Part shown: positions 55,001 to 61,600 of the stretch, piece by piece | Layout: each line of letters begins with the position of its first letter | How positions within the stretch are numbered: position 1 is the stretch's first letter | Source: Candidatus Binatia bacterium | GTDB lineage: Bacteria > Desulfobacterota > Binatia > UBA9968 > JAJDTQ01 | NCBI GenBank assembly: GCA_963666515.2 | Contig: OY762897.2 | Location: 3,872,001-3,936,000, forward strand | DNA: 64,000 nt | Direction: 5' to 3' | The notes under the pieces: model-generated | Seen by the model: the letters and a program-made list of their open reading frames with translations, nothing else | Databases searched by the model: none | Told to the model about the DNA's origin: nothing | Translations under genes and position numbers: made by a program

Positions 55001-58000
55001 GGCGCTGGTGGAGCGTCACGGGTCGGGATCGATGGAGCTGGGGGTGCTGTCGCGTTGCGGCGGCGCGCTGGCGGAGGTGCTGCGGGGCCGGGTGGAGCCG
55101 TTGGGCTTGCTGTTCGACCAAGCCGGGCCGAGCGCCGCGGACCTGTACCGGGACGCGCCCGCGGGGCGGGGGATCAACCGGTGGCTGTCCGCGGCCGTGG
55201 CGGCGATGGTGTCGGAGTTGCCGGAGGAGCGCCGGTTGCGGGTGCTGGAGGTGGGAGCGGGGACCGGCGGGACCACCGGAGCGGTCCTGGGGGCGCTGTC
55301 CCGGGGCCGGTTCGACTACGCCTACACGGACGTGTCCGCGGGCTTCTTCGCCGGCGCACGGGAGCGTTTCGAGGAGGAGCATCCGGGGATGGAGTATCGG
55401 GTGCTGGACATCGAGCGGGACCCGATGGAGCAGGGTTTCAGGGCGCACGGGTACGACGTGGTGGTGGCGGCGAACGTGCTGCACGCGACGCGGGACATGG
55501 GCGAGACGCTGGCCCATTGCCGGGGGCTCTTGGCGCCGGGCGGGCTGCTGGTGGCGCTGGAGGGGCTGGGAGTTCAGGGCTGGCTGGACCTGACGTTCGG
55601 GATGCTGGAGGGTTGGTGGCGCTATGCGGAGGGCGAGGACCGGTATCGTGAGGACTACCCGCTGATGGGGGCCGGGGAGTGGCGCCGGGCGTTGGCGGAC
55701 ACGGGGTTCGAGGAGGCGGTGGTGCTGGGTGAGGGAGAGGGAGCGCAGCAGGGTGTGATCCTGGCGCGGGGACCGGCGGAGGTGGAGGAGGTCCCGGGGC
55801 TGTGGGTGGTGGCGTTGGACGGCGATGGCGAAGGGATGGAGTTGGCTGCGCGGTTGGCGGAGCGGAATCAGCGAGTGGTGGTGGCGGTGGACGAGGAGGC
55901 CGCGGGTGCGGAGGACGTGGCCGCGCCGGGGGCGGAGGAGGCGCCTGCAAGGGAATCAGCGGTACCGGGTGTGGAGGTGATGCGGCTGGCGGTGATGAGC
56001 CGGCAGGGGTGGCGGGTCCTGATGGAGCGGCTGACCGAGGAGGGGGGATTGCGGGGAGTGGTGCATCTGGCAGCGTTGTCGGGTCACGGCTGCAACGCGG
56101 AAACCGCGGAAGTGGCCGCCGACGTGGAGCGCGGGACCGGGAGCGCGCTGGCGCTGGCGCAGGGGCTGCTGGACGCCGGGGTGGAGCCGGCCGGGGGGCT
56201 GTGGCTGGTGACGCGCGGGGCGCAGGTGGTGGAGGGGGAGCGAGGAGGGGAGTTGGCGGGAGCGGCGCTGTGGGGGCTGGGGAAGACGCTGGTGTTGGAG
56301 GCGGGGCAGTTGAAGCCTCGGCTGGTGGACCTGGACCCGGACGACGGGAGCGGGCTCGGGGGTCTGGTGGAGGAGTTGCTGCACCCGGACCGGGAGACGG
56401 AGGTGGCGTATCGGGGCGGCAGCCGCCGGGTGTTGCGGCTGGTGCGCGGAGCCGGGCGGCCGGCGCTGCCGGAGGGGGAGGACTGGCGGCTGGTCTCGGG
56501 TGAGGACGGTTTGCTGGAGAGCGTGAGGGCAGCGCGGTCGCCGGCGCGGCCGCCGGGGTCCGGGGAGGTGCGGGTGGCGGTGGAAGCCGCGGGACTGAAC
56601 TTTCACGACGTGCTGGTGGCGCTGAGGGTGGTGGACGCGGAGGCATCGCTGGGCGGCGAGTTCTGCGGGCGGGTGCTGGAGGTGGGAGCGGACGTGACCG
56701 GGTTCTCGCCCGGGGACCGCGTGGTGGGGTTTGCGCCGGGGGCGTTCGGGCCGGAGGCGGTGGCCCGGGTGGAGTTGACGGCGCCGGCGCCCGCGGGGAT
56801 GCCGCCGGCCGGGTTGGCGACGGTTCCGGTGGTGTTCGTGACCGCGGCGCTGGCGTTCGAGCTGGCGGCGTTGAGGGCGGAGGAACGGATCCTGGTGCAC
56901 GCGGGCGCGGGCGGAGTGGGGTTGGCGGCGATCCAGTTGGCGCAGGGTCTGGGGGCGGAGGTGTATGCCACCGCCAGCGCGCCGAAGCGGGGCTACCTGG
57001 AGTCCCTGGGGGTGGCTCACGTGTTCGACAGCCGGAGCACGGGGTTCGCGGAGGACGTCCTGGCGGCGACGGGCGGCGACGGCGTGGACGTGGTGCTGAA
57101 CAGCCTGACCGGAGAGGGCTTCATCGAGGCGAGCCTGTCGTGCCTGAAGCAGGGCGGCCGGTTCGTGGAGATCGGCAAGCGAGGGATATGGAGCGTGGAG
57201 GCGATGAGGGCGGCGCGGCCGGACGTGGGCTACCACGTCCTGGCGCTGGATCGCCTGGTGGAGCAGGAGCCGGAGCACGCGGGGCGCGCGTTGCGGGAGG
57301 TGATGGAGCGGGTGGCGGCCGCGGAGCTGCGGCCGTTGCGGCGCAGCGTGTGGGGGTTGGGGGAGGCGTCGGAGGCCATGGAGTACATGAGTTCGGGCCG
57401 TCACGTGGGCAAGGTGGTGCTGCGTCCGCCGCCGTCGGACGGGCTGCGGGAGGACGGCACGTACCTGGTGACGGGAGGACTGGGAGGCATCGGCCTGGAG
57501 CTGGCGGGATGGCTGGCGGACCGTGGAGCGCGGAGCGTGGTCCTGAACGGGCGGCGGGAGCCGGGAGAGGAGGCCAGGGCCGCGGTGGAGGGCTTGCGCG
57601 GGAGGGGGGTGGACGTGCGGGTGGAACTGGCGGACGTGACCGACGGGGCCGCGGTTGCGGCGATGCTGGAACGGATGGAAGGGTCGATGCCGCCGCTGGC
57701 GGGGGTGTTTCACAGCGTGGGGGTGTTGTCGGACGCGCTGGTGACGAACCAGGACTGGGGCCGGTTCGAGCGGGTGCTGTGGCCGAAGGTCCTGGGGGCG
57801 TGGCGCCTGCACCGGGCGACCGAGGGACGGGACCTGGACCTGTTCGTGCTGTTTTCGAGCCTGACCGGAGTCCTGGGGAATGTGGTGCAGGCGAACCATG
57901 CCGCGGCGAATGCGTTCCTGGACCAGTTGGCGCGGCACCGCCGGGCGCTGGGACTGGCGGGACAGTCGATCGCGTGGGGGGCATGGTCGGGGGTGGGAGA

Positions 58001-58655
58001 GGCGGAGGAGGAGCGGGAGCGGATGGCGGAGCGGTTGGCGGCCGTGGGAGTGGGCTGGATGACCGCGCAGCAGGGACTGGCGGCGTTGGACCGGCTGTTG
58101 CGCGCGGGAACGGCCACCAGCGTGGCGGCGCTGGTGGACTGGGGGGTGTACGGAGGGCGCGTGACGGAGGCGCCGCCGTTTCTGGAGGAGCTGTTGGCCG
58201 CGGCCGCGGGCGGCGGCCCGGAGCCGGCACTGGACCTGCTGGACCGGCTGCGGGAGGCGCGCGCCTCCAAGCGCGAGGAGCTGCTGCTGGGATTCGTGCA
58301 GGCGGAGCTGCGGGCGGTTCTGCAGTCGTCATCCCTGCCGGCCCCGGACGTGGGCTTTTTCGATCTCGGCATGGACTCGTTGATGGCGGTGGAGTTCCGC
58401 AACCGCCTGAACCACGGACTGGCGGGGGCCCACGTCCTGTCGAGCACCGCGGTGTTCAATCACGCCAGCCCGCAGGCGCTGGCCCGCCATCTGGCCGGGG
58501 TGCTGGGCGATCCCGGCGACGGCGCCGGAAGCTCCGCCGCCGGGAGCACGGCTTCGCCGGTTCCCGCTCCGGACCCGGAGATGGAGGCGGTGCAGGGTCT
58601 GTCGGAAAGCGATCTTTTCGAAGAGGCGCTGCGTGAGCTCGGAGAGGACGAATGA
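40020..58655 (+). CDS. Modular type I cis-AT PKS2: dock-[KS-AT-DH-KR-ACP]-[KS-AT-KR(A)-ACP]-[KS-AT-DH-cMT-ER-KR-ACP]-dock
   Basis: 6211-aa ORF with 3 KS (DTACSSS), 3 AT, 2 DH, 1 MT, 1 ER, 3 KR, 3 ACP, and short helical N- and C-terminal docking segments. Confidence 0.97.
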   Translation: MSRLEEYIELSRELLAELNVRQREVAGFRQPIAIVGMACRFPGAPGLEAFWRLLESGADAVTEGRGSAPDGGPRAEVPEAAHWGGFIEDVEMFDADFFRIAPVEARLLDPQQRLLLETSWEALEDAGIDAGRLKGSRTGVYAGIASHDYMDLLAAAGAGDPASLYLASGNAGATAIGRVAFTLGLEGPAVAVDTACSSSLVAVHQAVLGLRNGEADLALAGGVSVMLSPLLTEAFRAGGMLSPDGRCKTFDAAADGYVRGEGCGVVALKRLSDAEAAGDRVWGVIRGSAVNHDGASAGLTVPNGPAQERVIAAALSLAGLEPREVDYLEAHGTGTELGDPIEVHAAAAAYGAGRDPARPLLLGSVKTNIGHLETAAGVAGLIKAVLSMARGVIPPHLHFRKPSPRVDWERLPVRVVSGPEAWPSGEGRPARAGVSSFGFSGTNAHVLVEGYGAVAAAGPRHSGEKPAPYLIRGRNPVAGGAGPAVAVGWPEGASEFRPAEGSGGVAGTRARRLLALSGGTDEALRALAGRYLEWLDGSAGLLSTSDSEDGDADSVVSGLLADVAWTAGTGRSHHARRAGLTFADAGELRARLAALASGGGEVSGAAVEAPSGAAPKVAFLFTGQGSQWAGMGRELYEREPVFRAVLDRCESAVQALRGESLLDVMFGDANRGGLDDTRWTQPALYALESGLAALWRSVGVIPSAVLGHSVGEIVAAHVAGVFSLEDGLRFAARRGELMGSLPAEGSMAAVFAPADWVSRAVAEWKRGSEGTELSVAAYNGGHQVVSGAAAAVDALLERCGREGLRAGRLQVRHAFHSALMEPVLDELEGLLAGVAVSPPAVDWVSNVTGRVVAADEELAGVYWRRQAREPVAFGAGVAALAELGVGVLLEVGPRPVLGAMAALAWPPAATDGADQGTGGPAPAAPVTLSSLGRDAGGAGAASPGGGFVEAVARAYEAGLEVSFEGLFTGEERRRVSLPRYPFQRRRYWADSRRRPFAGGRGHALVGARHESARGETTFETELHATAPEWLSGHRVFGQVVAPAALYGAMASSAASLAAGPGSAGGGVVLEDARIRGPLVLPEGEGDGAEPGRRVQVVVGTAEGSGRRTVAIYSKGDEAAGWALHLEARAAVEAPSAEAGPDPETVRRGLREREAAEFYRALAAAGMDFTGPLRSVRELWCGPGEAVGEVSLAEGLEEPGAAAHPVLLDGCFQVMGAALADGGEDGAYMPFGWERLWVKGTWPERVTCHARLRESGGNGGSAGSGEVMVADLWVYGAEGALLGAVSGLVFKWATRAAFLAAAGASAELLYTPVWRESARVVPAPGPAEAEEAPGLWVVALDEAGEGMALAEALAARNQRVVAVADGQAEGAEDVAAPEVEEAPAGAGSRPAPAPPGASALPGVEVLRSAVVSRQGWRVLLERLTEEAGLRGAVHLGALAGHGNGAGAAEMAEDLKRGTGSALAMVQGLLDAGAEPSGGTWLVTRGGQVVDGETEGELSGAALWGMGKTLAWEAGQLKPRLVDLDPEDPGGFGGLVEELLHPDREGEVAYRGGSRRVLRLARGGGGTESPGRAVEGEKARPDGSSAPFRADGTYLVTGGLGGIGMEVAGWLAAGGARNIVLNGRREPGVEALAAVEELRARGVDVRVELADVADGAAVAAMLERVERGMPPLAGVFHSVGVLADASVMNQDWERFERVLWPKVMGAWHLHRATAERELELFVLFTSVAGVLGNAGQANYAAANAFLDQLARHRRGAGLAGQSIAWGAWSGVGEADEQRDRIGERLAAVGVGWMTAQQGLGALDRVLRGGAPTSVAVLMDWRLYGERVKDAPPLLEELVAAPAGGGPEPGLELLDRLRGVREPEREGVLLEFVQRELQGVLQTPTLPAAGMGFFDLGMDSLMAVELRNRLNRGLGGVAVLSSTVVFDHGSPAALARHLAEQLGVLAGPEMRRAALRGRAAGADEGIAIVGLACRFPGGGGVDGFWRLLESGGDGVREGRKNPPPGAYGGAGGGEPSIRWGGFVEGVELFDAEFFGIASAEAELLDPQQRLLLEASWQALESAAIDARRLRGSRTGVYAGIFTSDYRELVLRDESVSAYMATGTSAATAIGRVAFTLGLEGPVLAVDTACSSSLVAVHQAVVGLQRGDTDLALAGGVNVMLSAAVTESAVKAGMLSPDGRCKTFDASANGYVRGEGCGMVVLKRLRDAEADGDRIWAVIRGSAVNHDGASAGLTVPSGPAQERVIGAALAQAGLSPAEVDYLEAHGTGTELGDPIEVNAAAAAYGAGREADRPLLLGSAKTNVGHMEAAAGVGGLIKVVLSMAHGVIPKSLHFREPNPHVDWEGLPVRVVSEQEEWPVREGTPARAGVSSFGFSGTNAHVVVEGYGDASEQRKGLTGSGRAVPVGRPDGLAEEGPESGVECEARERRLLALSGRTEGAVRELAGRYVEWLDERGPWTDESVEDGDSSGRERLADMAWTAGVGRSHHGHRAGVTFAGVEELQGKLGELAEGRSAPGVAAGSRAARESEEAPKVGFLFTGQGSQWAGMGRGLYEREPVFRGVLDRCDAAVRDLRGESLLEVMFGEEGAEGPLDDTRWTQPGLYALEAGLCELWASVGVRPVAVLGHSVGEIAAAYAAGVWTLEEGVRFAARRGELMGNLPVSGPSAGAMAAVFTTAVGVEDLVAELNGTRRGEDWLSVAAYNGAHQVVSGAAGAVEALLEQCEENGIRAARLRVSHGFHSVLMEPVLEELEGLLEGVGVSAPGVDLVSNVTGRVLGSGELMDGAYWRRHAREPVAFGAGVAALSETGVEVLVELGPGPVLGGMAALAWPQEESEGRKPSGSGPWGPVMVSSLRGKGADGGAGTSDGGFVDAVAVAYAAGLEVGFAGLFVGEERRRVSLPGYPFQRQPYWMDGLERGPRAGAAGDALLSAAARGKDLLYEVKWRDVAVEGAAASATGRLLVVDGSGGESPLADGLAGALEGCGVSVTRAPDREPAGLLAMVAPGDGDGNGAAAEGPAGASDALAGIVLAAPSWQWHPDSLTEPLEWLLELVQGLAASAVSLPLGVCVVTQSGVAASPGEAVDPVAASLWGFGRSMQVEQPGLGLRLVDLEPAAGDGVSGERPPEGSAELAAALVGACGENQLAARGGGLLAPRLERMGDERAGPAAGTAVVSGEGSYLVTGGLGYLGLELAEWLAREGARHVVLVSRRAPDEETRARLDGLERETGCRLLTERVDVGDGAQAAALLGRFAAPAEGAAADAEWPRLLGVFHAAGVVDEEAAVTEQTAARLAGVMRGKALGAWHLHLGTAERGLELFVLYSSVSSVWALPRQSGYAAANAFLDGLAALRRSRGLAATSVCWGPWGGGGMGREAEVESWMTRQGLGLLSAGTAHAGLEELLRRDRAAGVVLDADWARVGAVLGEETPPLLSALVLEAEGPEARESGLPEDLRGARPSERESLVLEFVQGELQGVLGLPAPPEPEVGFFDLGMDSLMAVEFRSRVNRRLSGAHVLSSTAAFDYPTPAALARHLAEALGVVEAAEAPAHRVPMPRGDEGIAVVGIACRFPGGAGAEGFWRLLESGGDAVTEGRGSPLQGLGTAAVPDDGRCIGPGGFIEGVDLFDAEFFRIAPVEARLLDPQQRLLLETSWEALENAGMDAGGLRGSRTGVYAGISSHDYVDVMAAAGAWDEATLYLASGNSGATAIGRVAFTLGFEGPAVAVDTACSSSLVAVHQAVSGLQRREADLALAAGVNVLLSPVPSEALRSGGALSPDGRCKTFDASADGYGRSEGCGVVVLKRLAEAEADGDRIWGVIRGAAVNHDGASAGLTVPNGPAQERVIGEALARAGWAPGEVDYLETHGTGTELGDPIEVGAAAAAYGPGRDAGRPLLLGSAKTNVGHLEAAAGVAGLIKVLLSMAHGVIPKHLHFREPTPHVDWQRLPVRVVSESEGWPPAGGRPARAGISSFGFSGTNAHVLVEEHGAVAAASTRHSGEKPAPYLIRGRNPVAGGAGPAVAVGWPEGASEFRPADGSAGGAGVRERRLLALSGRTDAALRELAGRYVDWLEEQAPSPESGGADTGLSENEWLADVAWTAGVGRSHHRHRAGVTFAAAAELREKLAALAAGGEAAGAALGSVAAAESGDGPKVGFLFTGQGSQWVGMGRELYEREPVFRAVLDRCEAVVRELRGESLLAVTFGDRGNAGSLDDTRWTQPALYALEAGLCALWASVGVRPWAVLGHSVGEIAAAHAAGVFSLEAGIRFAAQRGELMGSLPATGPEAGAMAAVFAPAGYVEELVRGLNGAGLGVAAYNGAHQVVSGLVGAVDELLERCGSAGVRAERLRVSHGFHSELMEPVLDELAGRLAGVELAAPRVAFVSNVTGEALAEGAALDGTYWRRQAREPVAFAAGVRALAGLGVDVLVEVGPRPVLGTMAALAWPDEDEEEGGAAGMSSGPGPARPVLLSSLDRRSRGGDGDGPGPPEGGFVEAVARAYASGLTVSFEGLFAGEERRRASLPGYPFQRQRYWADAPRRRRRIEGADHPLLGARRESASGETTFETVLYAAEPEWLAEHRVFGRVAAPGAMYGVMALSAASPSAGPSHAKGAGAAVEDVQIHAPLVLPEGDDGGEGPGRTVQVVVSAADGSRRRSVKIYSRGEDEGEWTLHAEARTGGGGAVREARAGSDLEALKETLSEQDPAAFYRVFAAAGVEFGGSFRTVRRLWRAPGEAVGEVALAEGRGLEEAGAAVHPVLLDGCFQVVGAAIREAEEARTGADEDGVTYLPFGWERLWVGGTLPDRATCHARLRQPSGAEAGGRDAPGEVLAADLWLYGEDATLLGAVAGLVLKRATPAAFLSGAGRTDDLLYAPVWREAGSAGALRPADFLLSPEAAASGAGSLEDHLAAEGLSVRAVSALLADLERLSRGYAVAALDRLGWRRERGAEVAQEELRRRLNVVAEQANLFGRVLALAAGGGVLERASGAGGPSWRVLPGAGEGLPDGELPDPAALAAALVERHGSGSMELGVLSRCGGALAEVLRGRVEPLGLLFDQAGPSAADLYRDAPAGRGINRWLSAAVAAMVSELPEERRLRVLEVGAGTGGTTGAVLGALSRGRFDYAYTDVSAGFFAGARERFEEEHPGMEYRVLDIERDPMEQGFRAHGYDVVVAANVLHATRDMGETLAHCRGLLAPGGLLVALEGLGVQGWLDLTFGMLEGWWRYAEGEDRYREDYPLMGAGEWRRALADTGFEEAVVLGEGEGAQQGVILARGPAEVEEVPGLWVVALDGDGEGMELAARLAERNQRVVVAVDEEAAGAEDVAAPGAEEAPARESAVPGVEVMRLAVMSRQGWRVLMERLTEEGGLRGVVHLAALSGHGCNAETAEVAADVERGTGSALALAQGLLDAGVEPAGGLWLVTRGAQVVEGERGGELAGAALWGLGKTLVLEAGQLKPRLVDLDPDDGSGLGGLVEELLHPDRETEVAYRGGSRRVLRLVRGAGRPALPEGEDWRLVSGEDGLLESVRAARSPARPPGSGEVRVAVEAAGLNFHDVLVALRVVDAEASLGGEFCGRVLEVGADVTGFSPGDRVVGFAPGAFGPEAVARVELTAPAPAGMPPAGLATVPVVFVTAALAFELAALRAEERILVHAGAGGVGLAAIQLAQGLGAEVYATASAPKRGYLESLGVAHVFDSRSTGFAEDVLAATGGDGVDVVLNSLTGEGFIEASLSCLKQGGRFVEIGKRGIWSVEAMRAARPDVGYHVLALDRLVEQEPEHAGRALREVMERVAAAELRPLRRSVWGLGEASEAMEYMSSGRHVGKVVLRPPPSDGLREDGTYLVTGGLGGIGLELAGWLADRGARSVVLNGRREPGEEARAAVEGLRGRGVDVRVELADVTDGAAVAAMLERMEGSMPPLAGVFHSVGVLSDALVTNQDWGRFERVLWPKVLGAWRLHRATEGRDLDLFVLFSSLTGVLGNVVQANHAAANAFLDQLARHRRALGLAGQSIAWGAWSGVGEAEEERERMAERLAAVGVGWMTAQQGLAALDRLLRAGTATSVAALVDWGVYGGRVTEAPPFLEELLAAAAGGGPEPALDLLDRLREARASKREELLLGFVQAELRAVLQSSSLPAPDVGFFDLGMDSLMAVEFRNRLNHGLAGAHVLSSTAVFNHASPQALARHLAGVLGDPGDGAGSSAAGSTASPVPAPDPEMEAVQGLSESDLFEEALRELGEDE
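40108..45840 (+). other. PKS module M5: KS-AT-DH-KR-ACP (alkene-forming)
   Basis: [18 protein letters not shown] with GVLAD and NYAAAN, no MT or ER. Confidence 0.87.
41397..41448 (+). repeat. In-frame REP-like palindrome (long form with nested hairpin) in M5
   Basis: Short form plus 24 nt containing GCCCCGTA-CTTGA-TACGGGGC, translated as [17 protein letters not shown]. Confidence 0.9.
45900..50600 (+). other. PKS module M6: KS-AT-KR(A-type)-ACP
   Basis: The KR lacks the LxD motif ([10 protein letters not shown]) and has Trp in [19 protein letters not shown]. No DH. Confidence 0.85.
50655..58505 (+). other. PKS module M7: KS-AT-DH-cMT-ER-KR(His)-ACP
   Basis: [31 protein letters not shown]. 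Confidence 0.88.
51954..52005 (+). repeat. In-frame REP-like palindrome (long form) in M7
   Basis: Same 52 nt as 41397-41448. Confidence 0.9.
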
Positions 58656-61600
58656 ACAAGTACGTCGAGCTTTCCCGGAAACTGCTCGGTGAGCTGAAGG
58701 TCCGCAAGCGCAGGATCTCGGAGTTCACGCAGCCCGTCGCGGTGGTGGGGCTGGCGTGCCGCTTTCCGGGCGGGGACGGCCTGGAAGGATTCTGGAGATT
58801 GCTGGAGTCGGGCGGGGACGCGGTGACGGAGGCTCGCGGCAAGCCCATCGGCGGTGGGATGGCGGTGTACGGGGAGACGAGGGGAGAAGGGTCGCCGGCT
58901 CACTGGGGCGGGTTCGTGGAGGGCGTGGACCTGTTCGACGCGGAGTTCTTTCGGATCGCGCCGGTGGAGGCGCGGTTGCTGGACCCGCAGCAGCGGCTGC
59001 TGCTGGAGACGAGTTGGCAGGCGCTGGAGTCCGCGGCGATCGACCCCGGAGGCTTGAAGGGGAGCCGGACCGGCGTCTACGCGGGCATCGCGTCGCACGA
59101 CTACGCGGACCTGATGGTGGCCTCGGGAGAGACGGATTCCGGGAGCGTCTACATCGCCACGGGGAACACCGGGAGCACGGCCATCGGCCGGGTGGCGTTC
59201 GCGCTGGGGCTGGAGGGGCCGGCGGTGGCGGTGGATACGGCCTGCTCGTCGTCGCTGGTGGCCGTGCACCAGGCGGTTTCGGGGTTGCAGCGCGGAGAGG
59301 CGGACCTGGCGCTGGCCGGCGGGGTCAACGTGCTGCTGTCGCCGTTGGTGACCGAGACGTTTCGGAACGGCGGCATGCTGTCGCCGGACGGGCGCTGCAA
59401 GACGTTCGACGCCTCCGCGGACGGGTTCGTGCGCGGGGAAGGATGCGGGGTGGTGGTGCTGAAGCGGCTGGCCGACGCGGAGGCGGCGGGGGACCGGATC
59501 TGGGGAGTGGTCCGCGGCTCCGCGGTGAACCACGACGGCGCCAGCGCGGGACTGACGGTCCCGAACGGACTGGCGCAGGAGCGCGTGATCGGGGACGCGC
59601 TGAAACAGGCGGGGGTGGAGCCCTCGGAGGTGGACTACCTGGAGGCCCACGGGACCGGGACGGAGCTGGGGGACCCCATCGAGGTGGATGCCGCGGCCGC
59701 TGTGTACGGCGCCGGGCGGGACCCGGCGCAACCGCTGCTGCTGGGGTCGGTGAAGACCAACATCGGACACCTGGAGACCGCCGCGGGCGTGGCGGGGCTG
59801 ATCAAGGTGCTGCTGTCGATGAATCACGGGGTGATACCCCGGCACCTGCACTTCCGGCAGCCGAACCCGCACGTGGACTGGGACCGGCTGCCGGTGCGGG
59901 TGGTTTCGGAGCCGGAAGCATGGCCTCGTCACGAAGGGCGTCCGGCCCGGGCCGGGGTCAGCTCGTTCGGATTCTCGGGGACCAACGCGCACGTGGTGGT
60001 GGAGGGGTACGGCGCCGTTGCAGCGGCCGGCCCCCGTCACTCCGGCGAAGAGCCTGTTCCGTACTTGGTACGGGGCGAGAATACGGCAGAGGAGAGCGGC
60101 GGCGCCGGCCCCCGTCATTCCGGCGAAAGCCGGAATCCAGTGGCGGGGGGCGCGGGGCCGGCGGTAGCGGTGGGGTGGCCGGAAGGCGCATCGGAGTTTC
60201 GTCCTGCCAAGGGGAGCGGCGGTGTAACGGGAGCGCGGGAGCGGCGGCTGCTGGCGTTGTCGGGGCGGACGGAGGAGGCGTTGCATGCACTGGCGGGGCG
60301 CTACGTGGAGTGGCTGGAGGAGCGCGCGGAGTTGCTGACGCCGGTGGAAGGCGGAGGTGAGGGGCTGTCGGGGCGGGAGTTGCTGGCGGACATGGCCTGG
60401 ACCGCGGGAGTGGGGCGGAGCCATCTCGGTCATCGTGCGGGGTTGACGTTCGGCGAGGTTGGAGAGTTGCGGGAGAAACTGGCGCTGTTGGCGGGGGGGA
60501 GCGTGGAGGTTTCGAGGGTTCGAGGGAGGGGCGGCGCACCGAAGGTGGGATTCCTGTTCACGGGCCAGGGGAGCCAGTGGGCGGGGATGGGTCGGGATCT
60601 GTACGAGGGGGAGCCGGTGTTCCGGGCGGTGCTGGACCGATGCGAGGAGGAGGTGAAGCGGCTTCGGGGCGAGTCTCTGCTGGAAGTGATGTTCGAGGCG
60701 GGCCAAGGGCCGGAACTGGACCACACGCGGTGGACGCAGCCCGCTCTGTACGCCCTGGAGGCGGGGTTGGCGGCGTTGTGGAGGAGCGCGGGTGTGAGGC
60801 CGGCGGCGGTGCTGGGACACAGCGTGGGGGAGATAGCCGCGGCGTATGCGGCGGGGGTGTTGACGCTGGAGGAGGGGATGCGGTTGGCGGCGCGGCGGGG
60901 GGAGTTGATGGGGTCCTTGCCGGTGGACGGACCGCGTGCGGGCTCGATGGCCGCGGTGTTCGGATCGGCGGGACGGGTGGAGGAACTGGTGGCGGAGGTG
61001 AACGAGGCGGTGCGCGGCGGGATTCCCGGGACCGAGGGCGATCCGCCCTTTGCGGGGGAGGCGCTGAGCGTGGCCGGGTACAACGGCGGGCACGTGGTGG
61101 TGAGCGGGTTGACGGGGGCAGTGGAGGAACTGGTGGAGCGGTCCAGGGTCGCGGGACTGCGGGCGGAGCGTCTGAGAGTGAGCCACGGCTTCCACAGCGG
61201 ACTGATGGAGCCGGTCCTGGACGAGTTGGCGGGCTTGCTGGAGGGAGTGGAGGCAAGGGCGCCCGAGGTGGAGCTGGTGAGCAACGTGACGGGTGCGGTG
61301 CTGGGGTCCGGGGAGCGGATGGACGGGTCGTACTGGCGGCGGCAGGCGCGGGAGCCGGTGGCGTTCAGCGCCGGGGTGGCGGCGCTGGCGGGTTTGGGGG
61401 TGGAGGTGCTGGTGGAGTTGGGTCCGGGGCCGGTGCTGGGGCGCATGGCGGCGCTGGCATGGCCGGCGGAGGGACGTGGGCAAGGGGACGAAGCGTCATC
61501 AGGGCCGGGGTCTCGTTCGCCGGTGGTGGTGACGAGCCTGAGCGGGAGGATGGCCGGGGGCGGTACGGCCGGACGGGACGCAGGGTTTCCGGAGGCGGTG

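Noticed and set aside
33477-60140. Palindromic ~28-nt repeats considered as a CRISPR array
   Set aside because: Copies are kilobases apart inside coding sequence, there are no regular spacers, and no cas genes are present.
22990-61195. HGFH instead of HAFH in five AT domains as a sign of unusual extender units
   Set aside because: GHSVG and the Phe-His pair are malonyl-type, branching is explained by cMT, and no extender-biosynthesis genes are in the window.
15261-61483. Very long minus-strand ORFs (2804, 2778, 1509, 3455 aa and others) opposite the PKS
   Set aside because: Shadow ORFs in codon register with the PKS. They are Arg/Pro/His-rich with no domain motifs and are explained by high GC and the rarity of TTA/CTA/TCA codons on the sense strand.
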